Source of the DNA: Bigelowiella natans CCMP2755
Lineage: Eukaryota; Protista; Cercozoa
Length of the DNA: 32,601 nt
Reading direction: 5' to 3'
Assembly: GCA_000320545.1 (NCBI GenBank)
Contig: ADNK01001169.1
Coordinates: forward strand, 1-32,601
In this document: positions 1-11,699 of the stretch, one piece after another
Layout of the letters: every line of letters starts with the position of its first letter
Numbering within the stretch: the first letter of the stretch is position 1
Notes under the pieces: generated by a model
What the model was told of the DNA's origin: nothing
The model's database searches: none
Seen by the model: the letters and a program-made list of their open reading frames with translations, nothing else
Position numbers and translations under genes: made by a program

Positions 1-300
1 CGCGACGTACATGCTACTATCTCGTTAAAGAAACACAGATACACAATCATACAAAAATACACCAACATATACACACACAAAGGCGCTCGCTGATTGCTGC
101 ACGAATGACCTCTCTTTGCTCCGTAAATCCTGTATTTGCTCCGTCAATAGGTCGACTTCGCTCCTTCGTTTTGATAGCATACCCACACACACACACACAC
201 ACACAACACAACACACACAAACACACAAACACACACACGATCACACGAACACACACGCTCACACACATAATAAGATATATACATTTTTATATAATATATA

Positions 301-339
<39 letters not shown>

Positions 340-577
340 CCTGAATCAAAAGAGCATAATATTTTACATGGAAATGAATAACATTCTCAGTCTTACATCG
401 AATATAGGATCGAGATACAATGCTCTCAGTTGTTCAAAAGAAGCATCACCATTCTCTGCACACGCTACCTGAGAGTTTTGCATGTCCTCTCCAGCTGCCT
501 CTCCCTAATGTACGATCATTTACATGCTATATGAACACGAGAAAGAAAAAATCATTTTTCTTTTAATGCGAATATAT

Positions 578-624
<47 letters not shown>

Positions 625-1366
625 ACGTACATATACATATGTGCGCAGTTCTTAGTGCCAAAAATCCCTAAATTCTGACCTTGAGGATGAGTACGAGGCA
701 GAGGATGATGAGGGTACTTTTGATTGAATCGATCGATTCCTTGGTTGGCATGGTTTGTCTTCTATGGAAATTAAATTAATTAGTAGCCCTCCCGGTATAT
801 TTCCCATTCAATTCCGCATCGTTGGCTGCCCCCCCCCCCCCCCCTCCCCCTCCCCTATGCAGACAACCACATGCACGCACTCTCAATCATAGGAAAGAGC
901 AGACATGGCAGCAGGAAGCAGGGTTGGCCATGCAAACGTTGTATTTGTTGGCTCTAGTGATGGTACTTTGGATCATGAGGGAGAGGTTGTCCTGGCGGAG
1001 TGCCTATTTGCAAACAGGTAAAGCGTATTGGAAAGCGTGATTGTTGGCACCACCAACCACGATTCGTACTCACTGCTACTACTACTCCACGCACACCGCT
1101 CTCAAGACCTCTCAAAGTTTTTTCACCGCGAATATGCGTGGTGGCGGTGCCACGCAACCCGCCCGCGCATTTTGGCTAGCACGACGCGACAATGTACACC
1201 GCGGATTTTCCCTTTCCGGTTATTTAGTTATCGATATATCACCCGATTCATCCTATTAACTGTTCCGATCTCGTTCTCGTAGTCCTCGATTAGCTGCCAA
1301 TGCACCGTACCAAAGCAGGGGACACCGCACAGTCGGATATGTGCAAATGCATGCACGCAAGTCGTT

Positions 1367-1403
<37 letters not shown>

Positions 1404-1616
1404 CGCGAAAACAAAGCTTAACGACGGATATGGAATGATGATTCCACAGCATAAGGGAGGGAGGTGCCATATCATGCCGAAACAACGCAAAAATGCCTCG
1501 ACGCGCGCGTGGAGACTCTGCGGAGAGTTCTATGCGTATGCGCCAGCTTCAGCAGACCTCCTTGAATTCCCCCTTCTCCATCTGAATTACGCACACACAA
1601 TCACATACACACACAG

Positions 1617-1689
<73 letters not shown>

Positions 1690-1703
1690 CTCACACATAC
1701 AAA

Positions 1704-1741
<38 letters not shown>

Positions 1742-2066
1742 TCCCCAATCCAAACTACCTTGCGCAATCGCGTCCTCAATGCAACTACCTCGAGCCTTAC
1801 ACATCGGTTAGAAGATTGACAACAGGAGCATCGGCGGATAAGAGCAAGCACAAGCTTCATCGCCACATCCCCCCTCTCCTCACGGCAGTAGCCTCGCCCA
1901 CACCGCCACAGAGGTATTAATTAGTCTTTGGTGGCACGTCTTTCCAACCTTGCGTCTGTGAGTTTCAGTCCCATTTCCTCCGCGAAAACCTGCATATCTT
2001 CCCCCTCCTTAGATGTCACCTCTCTACGTGAGAGAATAGCAACGACGAAGACGCAGCGAATATATA

Positions 2067-2107
<41 letters not shown>

Positions 2108-2110
2108 ATC

Positions 2111-2152
<42 letters not shown>

Positions 2153-2302
2153 CTCTCACAAGGAAAACAAGGTTTTTCTTCTGCCAATATCGAGTAAGCT
2201 TGCCAGCTTCCCTTGTAAAGGAATACTACCTATCTCCATCGCCATCACTTGAGTCAGTCGCTTCATCACCACCTCCCACTCGCTGCTGTGCGGCCACTGT
2301 TG

Positions 2303-2364
<62 letters not shown>

Positions 2365-3264
2365 GTGCGTATTATATTGCGCGCGAATAAGAGACTGAGA
2401 AGTGAATTGACATAAAATATACTCCGCCGCATATTTCCTACGCATCGTTGCACTACAACAGGAGGCGCATGCACGTCATCTCTCATTTCCCCGGCTGTTA
2501 GCTCTATACCATCTGTGATTCCCGCTTTCAGTCTAACGGAGGCTGCCATGGGGAAGGGGGGGAAAGATGCTTGGATAAGATTGTTTTCTTCCTTACGTCG
2601 TCATGTTGATTTTGGACGAATGCAGACGGGGACATTGGTTGATGAGAGGGTGCAAATTGACCTGCTTCTTTCGCGATCTGGTGTGCGACATCTATGTAGA
2701 GTACCAAACATTCAGCAGGCAATTAATATGCACACAGACACGCACACAGACACACACACACACACACGCACACACACATATTAGTCTTAACACCGACACT
2801 TGCAGCACCGGCATCGATGAGGCTGAATCTTTGCAACGATGGCGACGGGTTGTACCTTTGAACTGCGGGTGCTTGACCAGCAGCGTCGTTGTAGTATTGT
2901 GACGATCAAACTCCAAACACGTCCCTGCATGCAAGCAAAAGACATGCCAGTGAAGAAGAACGGAAGAAGAGAAAAGGGGGGATGAGAAACAGGGGGATGG
3001 GGGTGGTGGGGGGAACGATGACGCTAACACGGAAAAACGGATGATGCTTTATCAAATGAAATGAGGGCTTTGCTCAGCCCCCCCCCCTTGACAACAACTA
3101 CTAAGGAATCTCCGCAAGCCAAGCCAGACCCCATTTCCAGTAGTGCTGCAACGCTACTCACCGTTTGCAGGGACAGCTCCATATGCTGTGTCGATGAAGA
3201 TGTCCGTCACCAACACGCCTATACAATGCCGGTCAGTCACCCAACGAATTCCAAAGTAATGTAT

Positions 3265-3311
<47 letters not shown>

Positions 3312-3585
3312 TTGATATATTTAGAGAGAGAGAACCAGCCCCCCCGCCCCTCGATATCCTTGAACAGCACCTATAATGTCGGCAAGATATCCTGTTGATA
3401 TTTGAGCGGAGGCAAAACGGAACACCTCGCTTCCTCGCCGCTTGCCTGGGGATGAAGAGGGAGAGGGAGAGGGAGAGGGAGAGGGAGAGGGGGAGGGGTG
3501 GAAGGGTGGGACACGCATCTCATCAAGAGGATATATATACCGCTGCAACGATAAAACCGTTCATTCAACGATGCTGTTGCTTGTG

Positions 3586-3620
<35 letters not shown>

Positions 3621-3775
3621 CGCAGTACAGTAAGAAATCGGTAGAAGAAACGCCGTACCGAAAACACGACGAAGACTATGGTCACGAGGTCACCAGCTCA
3701 CTCGCCTACTCAGCTATATGTCACAAAAGCAAAACACGTAACGACACACACAGACACACACACACACACATACAC

Positions 3776-3814
<39 letters not shown>

Positions 3815-4023
3815 TTCAAACCTAGAGTTATGCGCACACCATTGAAACCAGACTTCCCCCCTCCCTCAGCGGCGTGTTTTTGTTCTCGGGGAGCATCCTG
3901 GGAAGGAGGCGGAGACAGGACTTCCAACACATCGTCATCACCTTCCGAACGCGAAGCAGCACGGCGCCTACTCAAGGCCGATTTGGACGTTCAAAGGCAA
4001 CACAGAGTCAGTATTCATCAATA

Positions 4024-4063
<40 letters not shown>

Positions 4064-4376
4064 TATAATTTATGCGATTTGCGTGTGCGCGCGCTCGTGT
4101 ATGTGTGTATGTGTGTATGTGTGTGTGAGTGAGGTAGGCGAAATCTTTACGTGTTTTGCTTTTGTGACAAATAGCTGAGTAAGCAAGCGACCTGATGACC
4201 CCCCCCCCATTCTCGCCGCTGTGGCGCTCGAAGCCAAGGAGGGACAACGTCGTCTCATCAGGAAGTTTCAGGACAAACACGCTTTCCACAATATCGCCAA
4301 GAAACTCCACGTCGTATTGCAGCATTCCTATTTGCCCGACCGATATAACACAGAGTAAATGCTTCATATAATGCCA

Positions 4377-4419
<43 letters not shown>

Positions 4420-5599
4420 ATATTAAACATACACGTGTGTGTGTGTGTGTGTGTGTGTGCAGTGTGTACGACGCTACAAGGCCGAAAGTGGCGCTAAATT
4501 TGGTTTGGGAGCTCTATTCGATTCCCTCATTCGTTGTTTGTGACTGCACGTATTGTCGTGTATCATTGGAACACCGTTGCGAACAGCTGCCAGATTTCCA
4601 TTAAGGTACCTTCATCATGATGTACATAATACAAATATATAAATATATATGAACAAATCAACCCAAAAAAAAAATCCGTCGGTACCGGGGCAGCATCATC
4701 CACGATGCCGGCGGGTTCTCCCCTCGCATGGTCTCGACTGGACGCAAGGCGCTGAGTCGCCCCACGCTTGTCGGGGGCCTACACGGCGTTAAGTTCCCAA
4801 ATCCCGCTGGGGAAGCGCTGCCTCGCGCTGCCTCCCCGGACCGATGGCTCTTATTCTCTCTTCGCCTTTCTTTCGCAGGGGTTGAAGATTGTGTGGAGGA
4901 GGATGGAGCCATGGCTCTGGCATCGTTCCCTAGCCTCTTGCGCTGCGACGGAAGGGTTGGAGAGTGCCTTGGGAAGTGTGTCAGGAGCGATTCGTCGTTT
5001 ATACTAGCGGGTTCTTCTTCTTCCTCTGCTTCTACTTCCCGCTGCTGCTGCTGCTGCTGATGATGAAGATGGTTATGATAATAGCTGCTTTTATGATGGT
5101 GTTCGGCAGGCGAGGATTTATGTGTTGCGCCGTGGTGTTCGTCGTCTTTTGCCTCTTTCTCTTCTTCTTCTTCTTCTCCCCCCCCCTCCTCGGACCCCTG
5201 ATCTCCGTTTACGTAGTCTATCAAGGTGCTTCGCGTATTGTCGCCGCTCTCATTCTCTTCAGTGGCTTGAGCGCCATCGAAACCACTAGGGGTTCCCTCG
5301 CCCGCGCCCCCCCTCCCGCCATGGCTGGATCGGGTGCTGTGTGTTCCATCCGGGCTCTCCGCCATTGCTGCGGCTGCTTTCCTAGATATTGGCGCGATTG
5401 CATCCGAGTTCTTATGAACCTGGTCCTTACCGCGACGGCGTTGAAGACGAAGTTTTGTAGGGTGCAGCTGCCATCGATGCGAGCCCTGTGGGGAGAGCAC
5501 TCGACTCAGCTGCGACGTGTGCAATTTTGAATAGGGAAGTTGGGAAAATAGGTAGAATTGGGGGGGGGGACGGGGGCGGGAAAAGAAACAAAAAGAGAT

Positions 5600-5645
<46 letters not shown>

Positions 5646-6119
5646 GGAGAGAAAGAGAGAGAGAAAGAGAGAGAGATAGAGAGAGAAAAACCTTTCGCCC
5701 CATCGGAGACCTTGATTCTTTTTCATCGTTCTGACGACCAACATTACCCTCGTTGCGTCCTACAACAGCAGCTGGGTTGGACCTTTGGCCTGCTGCAGAG
5801 CGGTGGTGGCTTCGCGCAACATCCTTCCGAATGACGCTTTCCAAGGCCGATAAGTCAACTGAGCACACCCAGAGAAATGTCATTTCGTAACCGTGTTAGT
5901 GATCTTGGGCGATACCTTTGTTCTCTGCTGCGTCTGCAGGTCTAGAGAGGGTCCATATTCGCTCGCAACGGGAGGCAATTCTGCGATTATTGGGTGAGAG
6001 TGAGAGCATTGGGTGTGGTAGCAAGCAATGGATATAGGAAACAAGTCGTTGGGGATGCGGGATGGTGCATCGTGGCCTTTGCCAGGAGAGGGATAAAAGA
6101 AAATACATTTACGCACATA

Positions 6120-6171
<52 letters not shown>

Positions 6172-6481
6172 TAAATAAATATATGCGCGCGCATAAATTG
6201 CTTTGCACACATTTTTTTTTTTTTTAAGTGTGATCGCATTAAGTTGTCCAACCTGAGAGTGTTACAGGCGTCAAGGTACCGAGTGGGATCGAGAGAAATG
6301 GATGCCAGGAACGTCACCTCCGCACCGCCCAGTAAGACTAATTCCATGTCACACGGTCGCCCATTGGGAGCAATGTACACAACACAGCCAACAGCACACC
6401 AATGCGGGAACATATCGACTCGTTCGCAAAAACAGTGCGTGCAACCGTGTTGTTTCTGAGTATCTGTGTGTGTCGATATTT

Positions 6482-6524
<43 letters not shown>

Positions 6525-7040
6525 CGGCCAAAGATGCAGTCAGCATTCGCAACATAAAACTACAGCAGTGCGAGGAGGAAGGCGCTCAAGTGCGGCTGTT
6601 CTCGGGCAAACCGCATGGATTTTCGGTTGCATGACCCAGCGCACAGCAGAACAGCGGCCGCCCAACTGCAACCACGCATTCGCGAGGGGGCGCTCTCTTC
6701 TTGCTTCGGTCAATGAGCGTGTGTTCCTCACACAATCATCAGTTCTGACCTGGAACCACTTGCTGAGTAAGTCTTGATTCTCTCGCGCAAGTAACCTGCA
6801 TATAACGCGAAGGGATGTGTGTGTGTGGGGGGGGGTGGGGGAGTGGCGTTTCTACGTGTCTGGCAATGGCGAGATCGAAGTACACATAGGTCTTGCACGA
6901 ATGAACGTGATGATGATGCGACGCAGCGGGCCATTACCTCAACGTCGCCTCCTTGGATATCCTGATTGGTTAGGAGGGGGTAAGCACAGAGCAGTCACCG
7001 ACTAAGCATGAGCAGCCATTGCATGCATCTTTTTTTGGGG

Positions 7041-7088
<48 letters not shown>

Positions 7089-7283
7089 GTCGCTCTCTAC
7101 CATATCCCTTGGTGCCTTATCCGACATGTGTGCGAGCTGCAGTAAGACCCTGAAATATGCATGTAGCGATGAGTTGTATTGGTTTCCTCTTTCTCTTTCT
7201 CCCCCCCCCCCCCCCCCGCCCCCCCATGTTCCTGATCTCTCTTAAAAATGACGATATAACCCAACGTTACCGATGTTTCATAT

Positions 7284-7321
<38 letters not shown>

Positions 7322-7477
7322 TATTCTCTAAATCCAGAGCCCCATACGATTTCGTCGAGGGCTTCTTTCATTTGGCAGTGGGGAGGGGATAAACGAGACG
7401 GGCTCACCGCACCTATTGAGCGATAGCATTTGCAGAGCATAGATGTTGCTTTAGTATGCAACCCCGTCGGGAATAAT

Positions 7478-7522
<45 letters not shown>

Positions 7523-7523
7523 G

Positions 7524-7562
<39 letters not shown>

Positions 7563-8278
7563 TTTGGTATATCAAAAGCGATCTTTCATAAGATCCATTA
7601 TCTCTCGGGCCTCGCCCTATTGATTTACCTTGGCTATGCGCTCGATGGGGAGCTCATCGACGACTTCTGAAACACGGTATCTGCGTTCTTCTTCACTCCG
7701 AGGCTCTGTGACGTGAAGCCAACAACCTGAAGAAGCGGTCATTATTTTGTGAGTTTTATGTTTCAGATTCGGCAAGAATAGCGAACATATATCTATATTC
7801 AACGTGCCTCCCCTAGTCTTTTCAAGCTAGTTTGGAGATTTTGGAAGGGTACCGCCTTCTGCAGGGTACTTGGCCAGTTTAATGCGTAGATCGCCATCGG
7901 CGTGGTCGTCCCTGCGGTTTCCTTCATCGACGCCCTTATTATTCAATTCATACGATGAGTTCGGGTACAGAAGATCGAGAGAAAGGCAAATGCTGCGGCT
8001 GCGCCCCGCCGACAGCTACGTTCAACAACGGATTCACGTGAAATTGGCCATACCCAGCAAATGGTTTTGATGTGCTGTGCGCGCGCCCCGGAGCTTCCGC
8101 CCACGTTGTCCAACGCGCGAGACAGCGAGCGGAGCTCATAGGGAACCTGAAGGGGAACGAACGGTGCGGGGGGGATAGAGTCAGTGGGTCAGACGACACG
8201 GCCACCCTATGCTAAGTCTTCAAAGGTTGAAACCAATCGATTCGCTCGCAATAAAAGGTTCTTGTGGAGATGATTCAT
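1..8278 (-). CDS. Multi-exon gene: divergent kinesin-motor-like N-terminal part, long low-complexity linker, coiled-coil C-terminal part; 3' end lies beyond the left edge (may be more than one gene)
   Basis: Many short GT-AG exons between microsatellite introns. Exons 6463-6400 and 6337-6253 splice in frame to ILRNNTVARTVFANESICSRIVLLGGAEVTFLASISLDPTRYLDACNTLR, resembling the kinesin motor C-terminal consensus (YRDSKLTRLL..LGGNSKT.MIA.ISP...Y.ETL.TLR). A large exon at ~5524-4680 is disordered and E/H/Q-rich. Exons near 2040-1930 and 180-80 are charged and coiled-coil-like (SKRRSEVDLLTEQIQDLRSKE). The ATG at 8278 and the full exon chain are tentative; no canonical P-loop was found. Confidence 0.45.
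3688..4200. repeat. 54-bp inverted repeat pair (3688-3741 and 4147-4200), apparently intronic
   Basis: ggtcaccagctcactcgcctactcagctatatgtcacaaaagcaaaacacgtaa (3688-3741) matches the reverse complement of 4147-4200 (ggtcatcaggtcgcttgcttactcagctatttgtcacaaaagcaaaacacgtaa) at 48/54 positions by manual alignment. Confidence 0.9.
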
Positions 8279-9224
8279 GTTTATCGAAATTTGAAAACGC
8301 TCCAAGCTGAGGCTCGGTAGTGGCCATTCCTCTCATTCAGAGAGTGCCGGTGGAGAAAGGACGGGGCGGGAATACACGCACACAGCAACTGGAAGTCATT
8401 CATAATCCCTTTGGGAATCCATAAGATTGCGGTGTTTATCACACCTGCCGGTATCGTGTCATGGGCGACGGGAGGAGGGACAAGCGAGTCCAACGAAGTG
8501 AATTTTGGAATTTTAACAATGCAATTACTCTTCGATTTTATCATTAAATATATCTAATTTATTAATGCCTAGATCTATTTCCTGAGAACTAATAGAGTGC
8601 TCGCTCTCCACCTCCGAAAAACAAAATTGCATCTAAAATGGAAATATTCAGGTCTAATTTTGGACCAGATTCGGGTCTTGAGGGGCCTGCCTCTGTTTAA
8701 AAGCGAGCCCTTAACAGCTAGATCTAACGACAAAACTAAAGTTATCGAAGCTTCACTGGTATTTTGTCCTTACGACTTGTACTAAGTGCATGTCGTAGTA
8801 CATGAATTCCATTTATTCCTGCAAGAATATCGAAATCCCGCTGGACTTCTTTCGTCTTCGACGTTCCACCGGCATTGACGGGCGGTAATGAAATTGCTGA
8901 TTCCAAGAGCAGATTCGCTGTTGGACAAAATTGGTAAGGTGATTCCATGCTCAAAAATGATCCTAAATATTCCTCAATTCTGCGTGTATGTTAATCGAAC
9001 TCTCGCTGATCGGAAAATAGTTAGAGGAATATATTTAGATATATTTAGCGTAAATTAATTTCTAAAATCAGGGCATCCAAAGCCACTCGGAGACTCCCTT
9101 TGATGACGGGCCTTCAGAGGTTCATCAGGCCACAGCGCTTTTGTCCGATTAGACCTGGGGCGGGATATAAGAACCATATTCTTGATAGGTACATATGAGC
9201 CTTCTCGTGATTGCGAATTTTTGC

Positions 9225-11325
9225 ATGTCCGCCCTTTCTGGGGGCCTTGAGGCGTACCAACTCGCCGCGTGAACGAATCGATTCTCTCGCATTCTTTCTC
9301 TTCGTTGGTTGAAGCATTTCTTTTCTGTTATGTCGATGAGCGGCGGTTGCTGATCGCCCACGTCCCCTCGTCTAAAAAACCCTACCCTAATGGTATTATT
9401 CCCACCAGATGCCGCATCATTGCTGGACAGCGGTTGCTCTGCACCGAGGCAGAAGGTAGCGCACGTACACAATTATCATACGAAAAGCTCCCAACCCCAA
9501 TGTCCACACCTTGCATGACGTGCACCACTCCATATCCCTGATGATCGACTCCGCAACATCTCTCCTTCGGTGCTGTTGTTTTGCGCTCACGATGAAAAGC
9601 AGCTGATGGCGCGGAGAAGCAAGGCGAGCGAAGGCCCAAGCCCCCAAAATACACAAAGGTGGAATTGCCGCAACTGATGGAGACGATGAAGGTAGCTCTC
9701 ACACGCGCTTAAATAAAGGACGGTGTATATTTTGTATGGTTTCTATCGCATCCTGGATGCAACGGGCGAGCACGATATAGCAGACGCGAAGAAGCTAAGA
9801 GTCGACGATCTGACGTGACCGTTTTGCTGTGTGTTTTCTTCGATCAAGACGGGAACAATAGAGGAGTGGAAGATAGCCGAGGGCAGCGCAATCGAAGTCA
9901 ACATGGATCTATGCTTGGTAAGCGAAGCGAGCAGCGAGGACGGCGGCGGGGGCAGATTCTGATGTCAGTATGAGGGTTGTAGTTATGCGAAAACGCGGCT
10001 GAAGAATTGCCTGATGAGAATGATGATGACAATGATAATAATGATGATGACGATGACCCATACTGCGCGTGGTGGTGGTGTCCTCACAAAGATCGATACC
10101 GAAATGGCGCAGTTTTACCTGCACGCTCCGTGCGACGGCGTTTTGGCCAAGATCATTGCAAAGGAGGGAGAAGAGGTATTGAATCCCCACATCTAATCCT
10201 GGGGCGAGAGGCAGCCGCCACGCACGCAATTCAAATTTTTTCTTACCAATCCATTCTTATCCTTCTTCCTCGCCATATACTATTATTAGGTGGAAGTCGG
10301 CGGCACCGTTGGTAGATCGCAGCTACAGAGCACACACGAGAACACCCGCTCCAGAATAACTGCTATGCCGCAACGAAATCGATGAGAAAGGAAGGGGGGG
10401 GGGGGGTCAGGGGGAGAGTTGGGCGGGGTAGTTTGTGTGTTTTGCTTTTTGAAATAAATGTTTGTATCCCCCGGGTTCCTTTCTCGGCCGGTCAAGTCTA
10501 AGGCCTGCTTCTTCACCCTCCCCCCCCCCCCCCACACACACACCCTTTCCCATCTCCTGTATGAAACAGATTTTGTTCAAACACATGCCGACGCCATCAA
10601 GAAGTGGACTCCTGACGATGTAATATTTGATTCAGCGAGCATTATGTTAGGAGATGGTGATGGGAGGAAGGAGGGAAGGTGGAGGGGTATGGGACTGGTG
10701 ATCATTATCATCATCATGAAGATGAAAAACAGAGCTGCTCGAATAGGAGATTTGCAGTGGCATGCGCCTATATCTTCAATGCAGCATTTTCGCCCTAACA
10801 TGCGTGTCCAGTAGTAATACTTACAAAACGAGGGTAACAATCGCTCGCGAATGGACTCTACATGCATCTCGGAATCCGAGCCTATAAGACGCAATTGGCA
10901 TTTTTCGTTTTCATCCGCCTTGTATCTGTTTTATGCACCGAGCCGCAGCGATCCTTCCTATATCCGGATGTTGTTCTTCTGACCGAGTGCTCTTGTGGTG
11001 TTTCGCCTCCCAAACTGTGGATCTTCTCCCCATTCACGGCAGGTTGAAAAATGGCTCTTGGGTTTGCAATTCGATCCCGACACGGTCGTCTCCAAGCTCA
11101 AGCATTACAAGGTTGATGGAGGCGTTGTGGTGGGAGAATTGGTGGCGGTGATGGCATAGAGACGAAGACCTGCCTCTCGGGATTGTTCGGTTGTAAACCG
11201 GCGACTCTGCGTGTAATCGGCCATGGGTGCGTGCATGCGCTCACATATCAAAATTGTCGCAGGGCAAAGATCTGCTTCGGCTGAAAAAGGAGGACGCGGA
11301 ACATTACTTCGGGCTGGAAGGAATA

Positions 11326-11360
<35 letters not shown>

Positions 11361-11518
11361 TGTGTGTTTTTGCTACAGCTACAGCAGCTGTGCTGCTTTT
11401 AGCTCGGAGATTCATGTACAATATACACTGTATTTTGCATCTTACGTGGTTGATACCAATAACATAGACTCGTCAACGAAATTGAAGATTTGCTTTCTTC
11501 TCTCTCTGCAGCTTCTAA
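9225..11518 (+). CDS. Lipoyl/biotinyl-attachment-like domain (lysine replaced) + C-terminal SAM-domain protein, possibly mitochondrion-targeted
   Basis: Phase-consistent GT-AG exons 9409-9455, 9600-9691, 9849-9917, 10092-10175, 10290-10311, 10570-10619, 11043-11111, 11263-11327. They give KVELPQLMETMKTGTIEEWKIAEGSAIEVNMDLCLIDTEMAQFYLHAPCDGVLAKIIAKEGEEVEVGGTV (2-oxoacid dehydrogenase E2-type lipoyl domain pattern). This is followed by AIKKWTPDDVEKWLLGLQF...GKDLLRLKKEDAEHYFGL (SAM pattern W..edV..WL...G..LL.L..eD). The first exon (ATG 9195 or 9225) and last exon are uncertain. Confidence 0.7.
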
Positions 11519-11699
11519 AGAAGATGCATCTTCGCCATCATCATGATTGTGCACAGTAAACAGTTATTATAATCTCTCCATGGTGATACGATTCGGCAGA
11601 ATATCGCCACTCCTAGATATAGACTCCGGATGTCCTTAGCAGTGCAGGTATACCTGGTGTTGGGTGCAGTCACTAAAATTTGTACCAGATGTGCATGCT

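Noticed and set aside
1300-4027. ORFs such as 1300..1920 and 3395..4027, and the many HTHT/YIYI/CVCV/ERER ORFs throughout
   Set aside because: Translations of dinucleotide microsatellites in introns.
4964-5530. Hydrophobic 188-aa plus-strand ORF resembling a membrane protein
   Set aside because: Antisense shadow of the E/K/H/Q-rich minus-strand exon.
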